Shown here: piece by piece, positions 1-13,348 of the stretch
How the letters are laid out: each line of letters opens with the position of its first letter
How positions within the stretch are numbered: the first letter of the stretch is position 1
Origin: Mobula hypostoma
Taxonomy: Eukaryota
NCBI RefSeq assembly: GCF_963921235.1
Contig: NC_086107.1
Location: 114,144,001-114,208,000, forward strand
DNA: 64,000 bases
Direction of reading: 5' to 3'
The notes under the pieces: model-generated
The model's input: only the letters and a program-made list of their open reading frames with translations
Told to the model about the DNA's origin: nothing
Databases searched by the model: none
Program-made: the position numbers and the translations under genes

Positions 1-1072
1 AAGAAGCCAGAGAGTGGTGGTAGAAATTGCTTCTCTGAGTGGAGACCTGTGACTAGTGGTGTGCCACAGGGATCAGTGCTGGGTCCATTGTTATTTGTCA
101 TCTATATCAATGATCTGGATGATAATGTGGTAAATTGGATCAGCAAGTTTGCTGATGATACAAAGATTGGAGGTGTAGTAGACAGTGAGGAAGGTTTTCA
201 GAGCCTGCAGAGAGACTTGGACCAGCTGGAAAAATGGGCTGAAAGATGGCAGATGGAGTTTAATACTGACAAGTGTGAGGTATTGCACATTGGAAGGACA
301 AACCAACGTAGAACATACAGGGTTAATGGTAAGGCACTGAGGAGTGCAATGGAACAGAGGGATCTGGGAATACAGATACAAAATTCCCTAAAAGTAGCGT
401 CACAGGTAGATAGGGTCGTAAAGAGAGCTTTTGGTACGTTGATCTTTATTAATCGAAGTATTAAGTATAAGAGCTGGAATGTTATGATGAGGTTGTATAA
501 GGCATTGGTGAGGCCGAATCTGGAGTATTGTGTTCAGTTTTGGTCACCAAATTACAGGAAGGATATAAATAAGGTTGAAAGAGTGCAGAGAAGGTTTACA
601 AGGATGTTGCCGGGACTTGAGAAACTCAGTTACAGAGAAAGGTTGAATAGGTTAGGACCTTATTCCCTGGAGCGTAGAAGAATGAGGGGAGATTTGATAG
701 AGGTATATAAAATTATGATGGGTATAGATAGAGTGAATGCAAGCAGGCTTTTTCCACTGAGGCAAGGGGAGAAAAAAACCAGAGGACATGGGTTAAGGGT
801 GAGGGGGGAAAAGTTTAAAGGGAACATTAGTGGGGGCTTCTTCACACAGAGAGTGGTGGGAGTATGGAATGAGCTGCCAGACGAGGTGGTAAATGTGGGT
901 TCTTTTTTAACATTTAAGAATAAATTGGACAGATACATGGATGGGAGGTGTATGGAGGGATATGGTCCGTGTGCAGGTCGGTGGGACGAGGCAGAAAATG
1001 GTTCGGCACAGCCAAGAAGGGCCAAAGGGCCTGTTTCTGTGCTGTAGTTTCTATGGTTCTATGGTTCTATGG
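1..1072 (+). mobile_element. CR1-type LINE, 3' part (RT C-terminus, 3' UTR and tail); runs off the window start
   Basis: ORF 49..1047 has CR1 RT motifs ([48 protein letters not shown]) and ends in a (TTCTATGG)3 tail at ~1049-1072. Confidence 0.95.
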
Positions 1073-3682
1073 ACACTGGTTAGTGTACAGATCTCCCTCT
1101 GAGGGAGAGGGACTGAGAGACACCGGTCAGTGTACAGATCTCCCTCTGAGAGCGAGGGACTGAGAGACACTGGTCAGTGTACAGATCTCCCCCTAAGAGA
1201 GAGGGACTGAGAGACACCGGTCAGTGTACAGAACTCCCCCCAAGAGAGAGGGACTGAGAGACACTGGTCAGTGTACAGATCTCCCCCTGAGAGAGAGGGA
1301 CTGAGAGACACCGGTCAGTGTACAGAACTCCCCCCAAGAGAGAGGGATTGAGAGACACTGGTCAGTGTACAGATCTCCCCCTGAGAGAGAGGGACTGAGA
1401 GACACCGGTCAGTGTACAGATCTCCCCTGAGAGAGAGGGACTGAGAGACACCGGTCAGTGTACAGATCTCCCCCTGAGAGAGAGGGACTGAGAGACACCG
1501 GTCAGTGTACAGATCTCCCCCTGAGAGCGAGGGACTGAGAGACACTGGTCAGTGTACAGATCTCCCCCTGAGAGAGAGGGACTGAGAGACACCGGTCAGT
1601 GTACAGAACTCCCCCCAAGAGAGAGGGACTGAGAGACACTGGTCAGTGTACAGATCTCCCCCTGAGAGACACCGGTCAGTGTACAGAACTCCCCCCAAGA
1701 GAGAGGGATTGAGAGACACTGGTCAGTGTACAGATCTCCCCCTGAGAGAGAGGGACTGAGAGACACCGGTCAGTGTACAGATCTCCCCTGAGAGAGAGGG
1801 ACTGAGAGACACCGGTCAGTGTACAGATCTCCCCCTGAGAGAGAGGGACTGAGAGACACCGGTCAGTGTACAGATCTCCCCCTGAGAGAGAGGGACTGAG
1901 AGACACCGGTCAGTGTACAGATCTCCCCTGAGAGAGAGGGACTGAGAGACACCGGTCAGTGTACAGATCTCCCCCTGAGAGAGAGGGACTGAGAGACACC
2001 GGTCAGTGTACAGATCTCCCCCTGAGAGAGAGACTGAGAGACACTGGTCAATGTACAGATCTCCCCCTGAGAGAGAGGGACTGAGAGACACCGGTCAGTG
2101 TACAGAACTCCCCCCAAGAGAGAGGGACTGAGAGACACTGGTCAGTGTACAGATCTCCCCCTGAGAGAGAGGGACTGAGAGACACCGGTCAGTGTACAGA
2201 ACTCCCCCCAAGAGAGAGGGATTGAGAGACACTGGTCAGTGTACAGATCTCCCCCTGAGAGAGAGGGACTGAGAGACACCGGTCAGTGTACAGATCTCCC
2301 CTGAGAGAGAGGGACTGAGAGACACCGGTCAGTGTACAGATCTCCCCCTGAGAGAGAGGGACTGAGAGACACCGGTCAGTGTACAGATCTCCCCCTGAGA
2401 GCGAGGGACTGAGAGACACTGGTCAGTGTACAGATCTCCCCCTGAGAGAGAGGGACTGAGAGACACCGGTCAGTGTACAGAACTCCCCCCAAGAGAGAGG
2501 GACTGAGAGACACTGGTCAGTGTACAGATCTCCCCCTGAGAGAGAGGGACTGAGAGACACCGGTCAGTGTACAGAACTCCCCCCAAGAGAGAGGGATTGA
2601 GAGACACTGGTCAGTGTACAGATCTCCCCCTGAGAGAGAGGGACTGAGAGACACCGGTCAGTGTACAGATCTCCCCTGAGAGAGAGGGACTGAGAGACAC
2701 CGGTCAGTGTACAGATCTCCCCCTGAGAGAGAGGGACTGAGAGACACCGGTCAGTGTACAGATCTCCCCCTGAGAGAGAGGGACTGAGAGACACCGGTCA
2801 GTGTACAGATCTCCCCTGAGAGAGAGGGACTGAGAGACACCGGTCAGTGTACAGATCTCCCCCTGAGAGAGAGGGACTGAGAGACACCGGTCAGTGTACA
2901 GATCTCCCCCTGAGAGAGAGACTGAGAGACACTGGTCAATGTACAGATCTCCCCCTGAGAGAGAGGGACTGAGAGACACCGGTCAGTGTACAGAACTCCC
3001 CCTGAGAGAGAGGGACTGAGAGACACCTGTCAGTGTACAGATCTCCCCCTGAGAGAGAGGGACTGAGAGACACCGGTCAGTGTACAGATCTCCCCTGAGA
3101 GAGAGGGACTGAGAGACACCGGTCAGTGTACAGAACTCCCCCCAAGAGAGAGGGATTGAGAGACACTGGTCAGTGTACAGATCTCCCCCTGAGAGAGAGG
3201 GACTGAGAGACACCGGTCAGTGTACAGATCTCCCCCTGAGAGAGAGGGACTGAGAGACACCGGTCAGTGTACAGATCTCCCCTGAGAGAGAGGGACTGAG
3301 AGACACCGGTCAGTGTACAGATCTCCCCCTGAGAGAGAGGGACTGAGAGACACCGGTCAGTGTACAGATCTCCCCTGAGAGAGAGGGACTGAGAGACACC
3401 GGTCAGTGTACAGAACTCCCCCCAAGAGAGAGGGATTGAGAGACACTGGTCAGTGTACAGATCTCCCCCTGAGAGAGAGGGACTGAGAGACACCGGTCAG
3501 TGTACAGATCTCCCCCTGAGAGAGAGGGACTGAGAGACACCGGTCAGTGTACAGATCTCCCCTGAGAGAGAGGGACTGAGAGACACCGGTCAGTGTACAG
3601 ATCTCCCCCTGAGAGAGAGGGACTGAGAGACACCGGTCAGTGTACAGATCTCCCCCTGAGAGAGAGACTGAGAGACACTGGT
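1073..3682 (+). repeat. 47-bp minisatellite array A (~55 units), consensus CCGGTCAGTGTACAGATCTCCCCCTGAGAGAGAGGGACTGAGAGACA
   Basis: Head-to-tail units directly visible, with 46/43-bp variants and GAACTCCCCCCAAG variants; no spacers. Confidence 0.98.
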
Positions 3683-4359
3683 GAATGTTTGGTAGTCTAA
3701 GTGCTGCCAGTCGCCGCTGGGATTTCTCCATCACTTTTCATTTTTGAAAGGCTTTGTCTTTAAAATTGGTGTCTCATGTGGAGCCATTTCATCTTTAAAG
3801 CAGGCTCACAGTTTCTGGATGGGTAGAGGTGGATTCTGTAGGAGTTCCGGATAGAACAATGTCTTCTTTCATTGGGATTCTTAATGTGGGAGGCGTCTCT
3901 TTAAATGGGGTCTCTGTTAATGAGAGTTCTCATCTTTAATCGGGATATCTTCTGATGTGAAGCCCCGGCTAAACAGGGTTTGTTACTGAGTTTAAACCTC
4001 TGTGCAAGGGGTTTGATGTGGAGATTGTTTCAATCAAGAGTTTTCTGATCTTTCAGCCAGGACACTGATGTGTGATACTTTGAGTGTTGTGATACAAGAA
4101 CCCAGTCTGTACAGAGTCCAGGCAAGTGTGATATCTCATCACAATCTCTATCGCTCACTCTCTGTGGTCTAACACTGCTCTTGGTAACAGGAGCACATCT
4201 CTTCCCTAGAATGTTTTTTGAATTGAACATTGAAATATAATTTTCATAAGGACCCAAAAAGTACACATTCACTCAGATTGAGAGCTCCAGAGAGACCTGG
4301 GTATACAAACTCAAACATTGGCAGAGAAATGTGTGTAGATGTTCAAACACACTGACACA

Positions 4360-4392
<33 letters not shown>
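3683..4392 (+). repeat. ~700-bp minisatellite-associated module, copy 1, ending in (CA)n
   Basis: Direct homolog of 31569-32306 and inverted homolog of ~29940-30687; ORF 4030..4272 matches ORFs 30111..30467 and 31788..32144. Confidence 0.92.
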
Positions 4393-4395
<3 letters not shown>

Positions 4396-4549
4396 GAAGG
4401 TGATGAGAAGCAGCTCATCACAAAGTACAACTCTGGGCTGTGACGACTGCTGCTACCACGTCCCCATCAACACTCTGTACGTTATATTTACTCTGCAATC
4501 TTCAAAATTCAACAGGAAATACAAAATTCAACAGGAAATAGAAAAGGCT

Positions 4550-6245
4550 TGTAGCATTTTTCATACATATAAAGAGTGAAAGAGCAGATATTGGACCACC
4601 GGAAAATAATGCTGGAATATTGGTAATGAGAGACAAAGAAATGGCTGACAAACTTAATAAGGATTTTGCATCAGTCTTCACTGTGGCAAACACTAGCAGA
4701 ATGCCAAAAATGCAAGTGTCAAGGGACAGAAGAGAGTGCTTGCGAAGCTGAAAGTTCTGAAGGTAGGTAAGTCACCTGGACCAGATGGACTTCATCCTAG
4801 GGTTCTGAAAGAATTTAGTGAAAAGTTTGTGCAGGCATTAATAATGATCTTTCAAAGACCACTGGCATCTGGAATGGTTCTGGAGGACATGAAAATTGCA
4901 AATGTCACTTCACTCTTCAAGAAGGGAGAGAGGCAGAAGAAAGGAAATTATAGGCCCGTTAGCCTGACTTCAGTGGTTGGTAAGATATTTGAGTCTGTTA
5001 TTCAGGGCGAGGTTTCGAGGTACTTGGAGGCACATGATAAAATAGACCAAAGACAGCATGGTTTCCTTAAGGGGAAATCTTGTCTGACAATTCCATTAGA
5101 ATTCCTTCAGGATATAACAGGCAGGATAGACAAAGGAGAATCAGGTTTATTATCACTGGTATATGTCACAAAATTTTTTAACTTAGCAGCAACAGTACAA
5201 TGTAAAACATGACAATTCAGAGAAAAATAAGTACATCAATGACAGTAAGTATATAATTTATACTTTATACTTTATTGTCGCCAAACAATTGATACTAGAA
5301 CGTAAAATCATCACAGCAATATTTGATTTGGTGCTTCTCACTCCCTGGAGTACAAATCGATAGTAAATAATAAAAATTTAAATTATAAATCATAAATAGA
5401 AAATAGAAAAATGGGAAGTAAGGTAGTGCAAAAAAACTGAGAGGCAGGTCCAGATATTTCGAAGGTACGGCCCAGATCCGGGTCAGGATCCATTCAGCAG
5501 TCTTATCACAGTTGGAAAATATCTTTTCCCAAATCTGGCCGTATGAGTCTTCAAGCTCCTGAGCCTTCTCCTGGAGGGAAGAGGGACGAAAAGTGTGTTG
5601 GCTGGGTGGATCGTGTATAGATGTATATTAAACAAATTTAAAATTTAAATTTAAAATAGTGCAAAAACAGAAATAATATGTATTTTAAGCAGTGAGGAAC
5701 TGTTCATGGGTTCAATGTCCATTTAGGAATCAGAGAGCAGAGGGGAAGAAGTTGTCCCTGAAACTCTGAGTGTCTGCTTCAGGCTTCTGTATCTCCTTCC
5801 TGACAGTAACAATGAGAAGAGGAAATGTGTTGGGTGATGGGGGTCCTTAATAATGGACACCGCACCTCGATACCACGGAGGCCTGTGCCCAAGGTTCCAC
5901 ACATGAGGCTGCTTAACAAGGTAAGAGCCCATGGTATTACCCGTAAGATATTAGCATGGATAGAACATTGGCTGCCTGGCAGGAGGCAAAGAGTTAGAAT
6001 AAAGGGAGCCTTTTCTGGTTGGCTGCTGGTAACTGATGATGTTCCACAGGGGTCAGTGTTGGGACAGCTACTTTTCACATGTTATGGCAATGATTTGGAT
6101 GAAGGAATTGATGGCTTTGTGGCCCAGTCTGCAGATGATATGAAGACAGGTGGAAGGGCAGGTAGTGTGAAGGAAGCAGGGTGTCTGAAAAAGGTCTTAG
6201 ACTGATTGGGAGAATGGGCAGAGAATTGGCAGATGGAATATAATA
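4550..6245 (+). mobile_element. Degraded CR1 LINE (RT region) interrupted by nested repeat insertions at ~5141-5880
   Basis: ORFs 4736..5212 ([28 protein letters not shown]) and 5825..6205 ([16 protein letters not shown]) are consecutive RT pieces. Confidence 0.85.
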
Positions 6246-6806
6246 AGAACATAAGATATAGGAGCAGAATTAGGCCATTTGGCCTATTGAGTCGCCTCCA
6301 CCTTTTCTTCATGGCTCATCCATTTTCCCTCTCAGCCCCAATCTCCTGCCTTCTCTCCGTATCAATTCATGCCCTGACCAGTCAGGACTCTGTCAACCTC
6401 TGCCTTTGATATACATAAAGACTTGGCTTCCACCGCTGCCTGTGCCAACAAATTCCACTGTTTCACTCACTCTCTGGCTAAAGAAATTCCTCTTCATCTG
6501 CATTCTAAATGGATGTCCCTCAATTCTAAGACTGCATCCTCTGATCTTACACTCAAACACCAGAGGAAATATAGAAAGCCTTGGTTTGGCCACATTTGGT
6601 GTGCTGTGCTGGTGCCCCAATTTTCAGGAAGTGTGTGGAGATTTTGGAGAGGTCGCTGAAGAGGTTCCCCAGAATGCAGCCTGGGTTGGCGAGATCAGGT
6701 TAGACAAACTGAGTTGTCTTCTATGGAGTGTAACAGGCTGACAGGTGACCTGATAGAAATATATAAAATCATCGGAAGAGTAGGTGGGATACATGGTCAG
6801 AGTCTT

Positions 6807-7240
6807 TCTTACTTACCGACTGCCCGTTACACCACTGGTGTTTCAGGCAGCAATGAAGATTCTCCATCTCTGGTGGTGTTCAGGGCTTCCTTCATCATGC
6901 CGGTGGCTTCCTCTCGGTTTTCACTACTGTCACTCATGCAAGTCCCTGGGTGGAGACTCAGGAATACCGTCGCACTCAGATGTAGAAGGATTCTTCATTG
7001 CTGTTTCTGCAACAATTTTGTTTTGCCCATCAGGGTTGTTAGCCCTGAGCTGAACCCCCGAACCAGGAGGAGCTGTGGACCACTCTTCATCTGGTCTCTA
7101 CCCTTTGACCTGTTTGGCATGGGCGACCCTATCAAGATCAAAGCATCCAGCCCTGACCCCAGCCAACATAGCCCTCTCGATCATTGAGGCATGCATCCTC
7201 CAAACCCTACAACGTGGTTGTGGTCCGCTTGAATGGACCA
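6807..7240 (-). mobile_element. Short RTE-clade-like element at the left outer palindrome boundary (counterpart ~60995-61405 +)
   Basis: GTTGTTAGCCCTGAGCTGAACCCCCGAACC...CTACCCTTTGACCTG...GGCATGGGCGACCCTA resembles RTE 5' ends; TAAG-type tail; family call from recall only. Confidence 0.55.
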
Positions 7241-7504
7241 CTGGGCTTGGAGAACCTTTTCCCATCAACATCATAGATATGTGGAGTATGTTATACAGTA
7301 CTAAAACAGGCCATTCAGCCCAGCACATCGTTCCTAACCAAGTTACCTGCACAACTTAATCCCATTTCCCCTCAATTGGCCCATGTCCCTCTAAAGTTTT
7401 TGGATCCTTATTCCTGTTCAAATATCCTTATTTGTTATAATTGTACCACCTCGACCACTTCCTTTGCAGCTCGTTCCACCACCCTCTGCAGGAAAATTTG
7501 ACCC

Positions 7505-10390
7505 TATTAGGCTATTTGGCTCATCGACTCTATTCCACCGGTCCATCGTGTCTGATCCAATTTTCCACTCATCCCCAATCTCCTGCCTTCTCCCTGTGTT
7601 CCTTCATGCCCTGACCAATCAAGAATCTATCAACCTCTGTCTTAAATATACATACAGACCTGAACTCCACATCTGCCTGTGGCAAAGAATTCCACAGATT
7701 CACCACTCTCCGATGGCAGAAATTCCTCCTCATCTCTGGTCTTATATTTACTCTGTGATGGTCTTTCACCATTCAATAGGTTTCATTTAGGTCACCCCCC
7801 ATTCTTCTGAATTCCAGCGAATACAGGCCCAGAGCCATCCATCGCTCTTCAAATGACAAGCCATTCAAACCTGGAATCATTTTTATGAACCTCATTTGAA
7901 CCCTCTCCAATTTTAGCACATCCTTTCTAAGCCAATGGGCCAAAAATTGCTCACAATACACCAAGTGAGGCCTCACTAGTGCTTTATAAAGTTTCACAAT
8001 ACATCCTTGCTTTTATATTCTAGTCCTCTTCAAATGAATGCTAACATTGCACTTGCCTTCCTCACCACAGGCTCAACCTGCAAATTAACCTTTAGGGACT
8101 CCCAAACCCTTTGCACCTCAGATGTTTGTATTTTCTCCCCATTGAGAAAAAAGTCAACTCTTTCACTTCTTCTACCAAAGTGCATGATCGTATATTTCCC
8201 GACACTGTATTCCATCTGCCATTTCTTTGTCCATTCTCTTAATCTGTCTAAGTCCTTCAGTAGCCATTCTACTTCCTCAGAACTACCTGCCTTCATATCT
8301 ATCTTCATATCATCTGCAAATTGTGCAAAAAAAACATTAATTCCATTATTCAAATCATTGATATATAACAGAAAAAGAACCGGTCCCAACACAGACCCCT
8401 GTGAAACACTACGACTCACTGGCAGCCAACCAAAAATGCTTCCTTTATTCCTACTCTTTACCTCCTGTTAATCCAAGTACATGACAACAACTGATTCTCC
8501 TTTGTCTATCTTGCATGTTATTTTTTCAAAGAATTCCAAGAGATTTGCCATACAAGATTTTCCCTTGAGGAAACCATGCTGACTGCTGCCTATTTTGTCA
8601 TGTGCCTCCAAGTACCCTCAGACCTCATCCTTAATGATCAACTCCAACATCTACCCCCTCCTGGAATCCAGCACCAACCTGATTTTCCCAATCTACCTGC
8701 ATATTGAAATCCCCCATGACTATTGTAACATTGCCCTTTTGGCGTGCATTTTCAATCTCCCATTGTAATCTGTAGGCCACATCCATACTACTGTTTGGGG
8801 GCCTGTATACAATTCCCATGAAGGTCTCTTTATCCTTACAGTCCCTTAGCTCTATCCACAATGAATTAATACCTTCCGACCCTACGTCACCTCTTTCTAA
8901 TGATTTGATTTCATTTTTCACCAACAGAGCAATGTCACCCTCTCTGCCTTCCTGCCTGTTCTTTTGACACAATGTGTGTCCTTGAAGCTTAAGCTCCCAG
9001 CTGTAATCTTCTTTCAGCCTTGATTCAGCGAGCCTACAACATCATAACCACCAATCTGCAGTTGTGCTGCAAGTTCATCCAGCTTATTCCGTATACTGTG
9101 CAATTCAAATATAACACCTTCAGTCCTGTATTCATCCTTTTTGATTTTGTCCACCTTTTATGTTGCAACTCATCCTGTTGTCTGCAATGTTGCCCTATCA
9201 ACAGCCCCTCCTCACTACACATCGCCACTGTTTGTAAACCAGCTACCTCATCTTCAGCACTATCATCTGCCTTTCCTACGATACTTTTTGCATTGAAAAA
9301 TAGGCAGCTCAGAATACTAGTCACACTGTGCACAACCTTTTGATCATAACTTTGCCTGAGGTCTTACCAACATCTGCTTTCAAAACCTCTCCACTAACTG
9401 TTCTGGCCCTCTGGTTCCCATCCCCCTGCAACTCTAGTTTAAACCACACCACGTAGCATTAACAAACCTTCCTACTAGAATATTAGACCCCCTCCAGTTC
9501 ATTTGAAAACCATCCCTTCCGTACAGATCCCACCTTCACTGGAAGAAAAACCAATGATCCAAAAATCTTACCCCCTCGCTCTTAAACCAACTCCTTAGCC
9601 ATGTATTAAACTGTATAATCTTCCTCGTTCTGGCTTCAGTAGCACGTGTTATGGGTAGCAATCCTAAGATCACAACTCTAGAGGACCTGCCTTTCAACTT
9701 CGCACCTAACTCCCTGAGTATCTGTGCAGAACCTCATCACTCGTCCTAATCATGTCATTGGTACCTACATGAACCACAACTTCTGGCTGTTCACAATCCC
9801 ACTTAAGAATACTGACGACTGGATCTAAGTATCCCAAAACCTGGCACCTGGGAGGCAACAAACCATCCAGGAATCTCGTTCTTGCCCATGGAACCTCCTG
9901 TCCATTCCCCCAACTAGCAAATCCCCTTTCACCACAGCGTTCCTATTCTCCCCCTTTTCCCTCTGAGTCACAGAGTCAGACTCAGTGCCAGAGAACTGAC
10001 CACTGTGACTTTCCTCTGATATGTCACCACCCCTGACCCCCGACAGTATCCAAAGTGTATTACCTGTTTTTGAGGGAGATGCCCACAGGGATACCCTGCA
10101 TTGGCCCCCTTAACCCCTTTCCTCCTCCTGACTGTCACCCACTTTCCTGTGTCCCGCACCCTGGGTGTAGCTACCTATCTATCTCCCCTTCAGCCTCCCG
10201 GATGATCCGGAGTTCATCCGGTTCCAGATCCAACTCCTTAATGCGGATTGTTGGAAGCTGCAGCTGGATGCTCTTCTCATAGTTGTAGTCGTCAGCGACA
10301 CTGGAGGTCTCCCTGCCTTCTCACCTCCCGCAAGAGGAGCATTCCACTATCCTACCTGGCATCTGTACTGTCCTAGCTGAGCAGATATAA
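7505..10390 (-). mobile_element. Old, internally deleted CR1 (ORF1, endonuclease and RT remnants); mirror pieces at ~55140-55720 and ~59666-60700
   Basis: ORFs 8631..8972 (GIVYRPPNS, IVMGDFN), 8030..8419 (FADDMK), 7773..7997 and 9968..10159 (GKWVTVRRRKG, ORF1-like). Confidence 0.88.
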
Positions 10391-11329
10391 AGATTGCCAT
10401 CCTTTGCCTTCTAGGGGCAAGCTAATCCTGAATCCAAATGACCAAGTCACAGTGGAGACCTCAAAGTTCAAAGTAAATTTATTATCAGAGTACATATGTG
10501 TCACCATAGACAACCTTAAGATTCATCTTCTTACTGGAATACTCAATAAATCCGGAGAATACCTACATCTTAATCTTCTGAATATCATGAGGGACTTTGG
10601 CAAATATCTTACTGAAATCTATTTTGACAACGTCCACTGCCAACAATCACCATCGCAACCACCTCAAAAGTCACAGTCAACTGACCTGTATTTGTGACTT
10701 TCTCCAAACCTACTGTCCGGCCCTCGATATCACTGCCATCCAGGGATATTCGGTCCACTGACTGGTGTCTCATGCCTCAGTTCCTTGCAGTTGGTGTTTT
10801 GATCTTGCTGTGCACTGACGTGTGGGTGGCCGGAACAGTCTGTTTATGTTCTCCTCCTCAACTCTCTTTGCAAAGGCCGGGGCTCATGATTCATCGAACT
10901 GTGTTTAGACTCTCACCAGCAATCTCACCCCCAGTGTGGAATCTGTCTGTGGTTTGTCCAGATGTTGATGAACTTACTGTGTGCCCCTCTGAGTGACTGA
11001 CATTGACTTGGGGCCCCAGGGTAACAGGGCAGATCAAGCAGGTCCTGACCCGGTTGGAGAAGATCAAGCCTACCCTGGTAGGCCTCGGCCTACTCTTGCC
11101 TTTTCAACAGGATGTCTGCACTGTTTCCTGCCCAAGCTCAGCTGGTTTAGTGGTCACAGTCCACCAGGATGGTGTGAGACAAGGTATGAGATTCTCAGTT
11201 GGAGAGTGTCAAGGCTGGTTTTTGATGTGATAATTCTTTGACCCCAGGTTTTTGTGTCTCACATATACAAGCTGTTTCTGGAGTTGAGACACAATGCAGG
11301 GGAGAGGCAGTGAGGTTTTTCAGATCATA

Positions 11330-12700
11330 AAACCATAAGATATAGGAGTGGAATTAGGCCATTTGCCCCATCAAGTCTCTGTCATCATTTCATCATGTCT
11401 GATCCAATTTTCCTCTCAGCCCCAATCTCTCTTGCCTTCTCCGTGTATCCCTTCAGGCTCTGACCAAGAATCAAGAATCTATCAATCTCTGTATTAAATA
11501 TACATAAAGACTTGGTCTCAGCAGCTGCCTTGGCAAAGAATTCCACAGATTCACCACGCTCTGGCTAAAGAAATTCTTCATCTCCATTCTAAAAGGACAT
11601 CCCTCTATTCTGAGTCTGTGTCCTCTGGTCTTAGACTCTCCCACCATAGGAAATGTCCTCTCCACATCCACTCTATCAAGCTCTTTCACCATTCTATAAG
11701 TTTCAATGAGGTCACCCCTCATTCTTCTGAATTCTAGTGAATACAGGCCCAGAGACATCAAGCTTTCTTCATATCACAAGCCATTCAATTCTGGAATCAT
11801 ATTTGTGAATCTCCGGAAAAGGCTCCCTTTATTCCCAGTCTTTGCCTCCTGCCAGTCAGCCAGAATCTTTCCTCTAATCCCATGGGCTCGGAGCTTGTTA
11901 AGTGGCCTCATGTGCGGCACATTGTCAAAGGCCTCCTGAAAATCCAAGTACACAAATCTGTCAGGCTAGATTTTCCCTCGAGGAAACCATGCTGACTACG
12001 GATATTTCCTGAGACCCTCAGACCCCGTCATTAATAATCGACTTCAACATTTTCCCAGCCACTGAGGTCTGACTAACTGGCCTATAGTTCCCTTTCTTCT
12101 GCTTCTCTCCCTTCTCGAAGAGTGGACTGGCAACTTTCCAATCTTCCAGAACCATTCCAAGAATCTAGTAAATATTGAAACATCATTACTAATGCCTCCA
12201 AGACCTCTTCAGTCACCTCTTTCAGAACCATGGGGTGTATATCATCTGGTCCAGGTGACTTATCTACCTTCAGTTCTTTCAGTTTCCCAAAGAACCTTTT
12301 TCCTAGTTATGGTAAATTCACACATTCAAGACCCTGACACCTGGAACTTCCATCATACTGCTAGTGTCTTCCACAGTGAAGCCTGATGCAAAATTCTTAT
12401 TCAGTTCATCAGGCCTTTCAATATCCCCCATTACTAACTTTCCAGCATCGTTTTCCAGCGGTCCGATATTCACTCTCACCTCTCTTTTACACTTTATGTG
12501 TCCAAAGAAACTTTTGGTATTTTCTCTGATATTATTGGCTGGCTTACTTTCATATTCCATCTTTATCTTCTTAATGGCCTTTTTAGTTGCCTTCTGTTGG
12601 TTTTAAAAGCTTCCCAGTCCTCTAACTTCCCATTAATTTTTGCTCTATTATGTGCTCTCTCTTTCGATTTTATGTTGGCTTTGACTTCCCTTGTTATCAG
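11330..12700 (-). mobile_element. Degraded CR1 fragments (mirror ~53480-54300)
   Basis: ORFs 11471..11761 (LYSLEFRRMRGDLIETY) and 12318..12560. Confidence 0.82.
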
Positions 12701-12974
12701 GTAGAGACATAGCATTCAAATCTCAAGCAGTCTCCAGAGTGACAGATGACAGGGCTGGATGGAGACACCTCGTCCCCCTCTCACAATCCAGAGAGATACC
12801 AGTCTTGGGCATTGATGTGTTAGGCAATCCTTCCCTTATCCCTTCCCTCCCCTCCTTCTCCATCTAGCACACTCCACTCCTCAACTCACCAACATCCTCC
12901 CATCCATCTCTTGTGCTGTCCCGTGATTTCGACCCCTCTCCCCTTTCCTCAACATCCAGACACTCCTGCATCTC

Positions 12975-13250
12975 ATCCTCAATTCTCTCTCTCTCTATCT
13001 CTCACTGCCTCCCTTTCTCGTCTCCCTGCCTCTCCATATCCCTCTCTCGCTCTCCCTCCACTGTCCCTCCCTCTCTCTCCCTTTCTCTCTGCCTCTGTCT
13101 CTCTCCTTCCCTCTGGCTCTCCTCGTCTCCCTTCTTCCCTTTCTCCCTCTCCTTCTCCCCGTCCCTTCTTCCCCCTTTCTCCCCTTCCCTCTCTCTCTCC
13201 CTCACCCTCACCTCTTTCTCCCACTCCCCTCCCTCTCTCTTTCATCCATT
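12975..13250. repeat. CT-rich low-complexity tract upstream of the putative perforin promoter (mirror ~52930-53190)
   Basis: Nearly pure pyrimidine strand. Confidence 0.9.
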
Positions 13251-13348
13251 TTACCATTCCATCCATTTTATAAAATGCTGCTTGAAACCAACAACTCTTA
13301 GATCCAACACCTCATCTTCCCCATGTTCCCACCTTTCTCTCCTTTCCA

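Noticed and set aside
1073..3682. CRISPR-like array, or a repetitive protein gene (MSLSPSLSGGDLYTDRCLSV ORFs)
   Set aside because: Units are head-to-tail with no unique spacers, the context is eukaryotic, and the ORFs are frame-cycling translations of a 47-bp repeat
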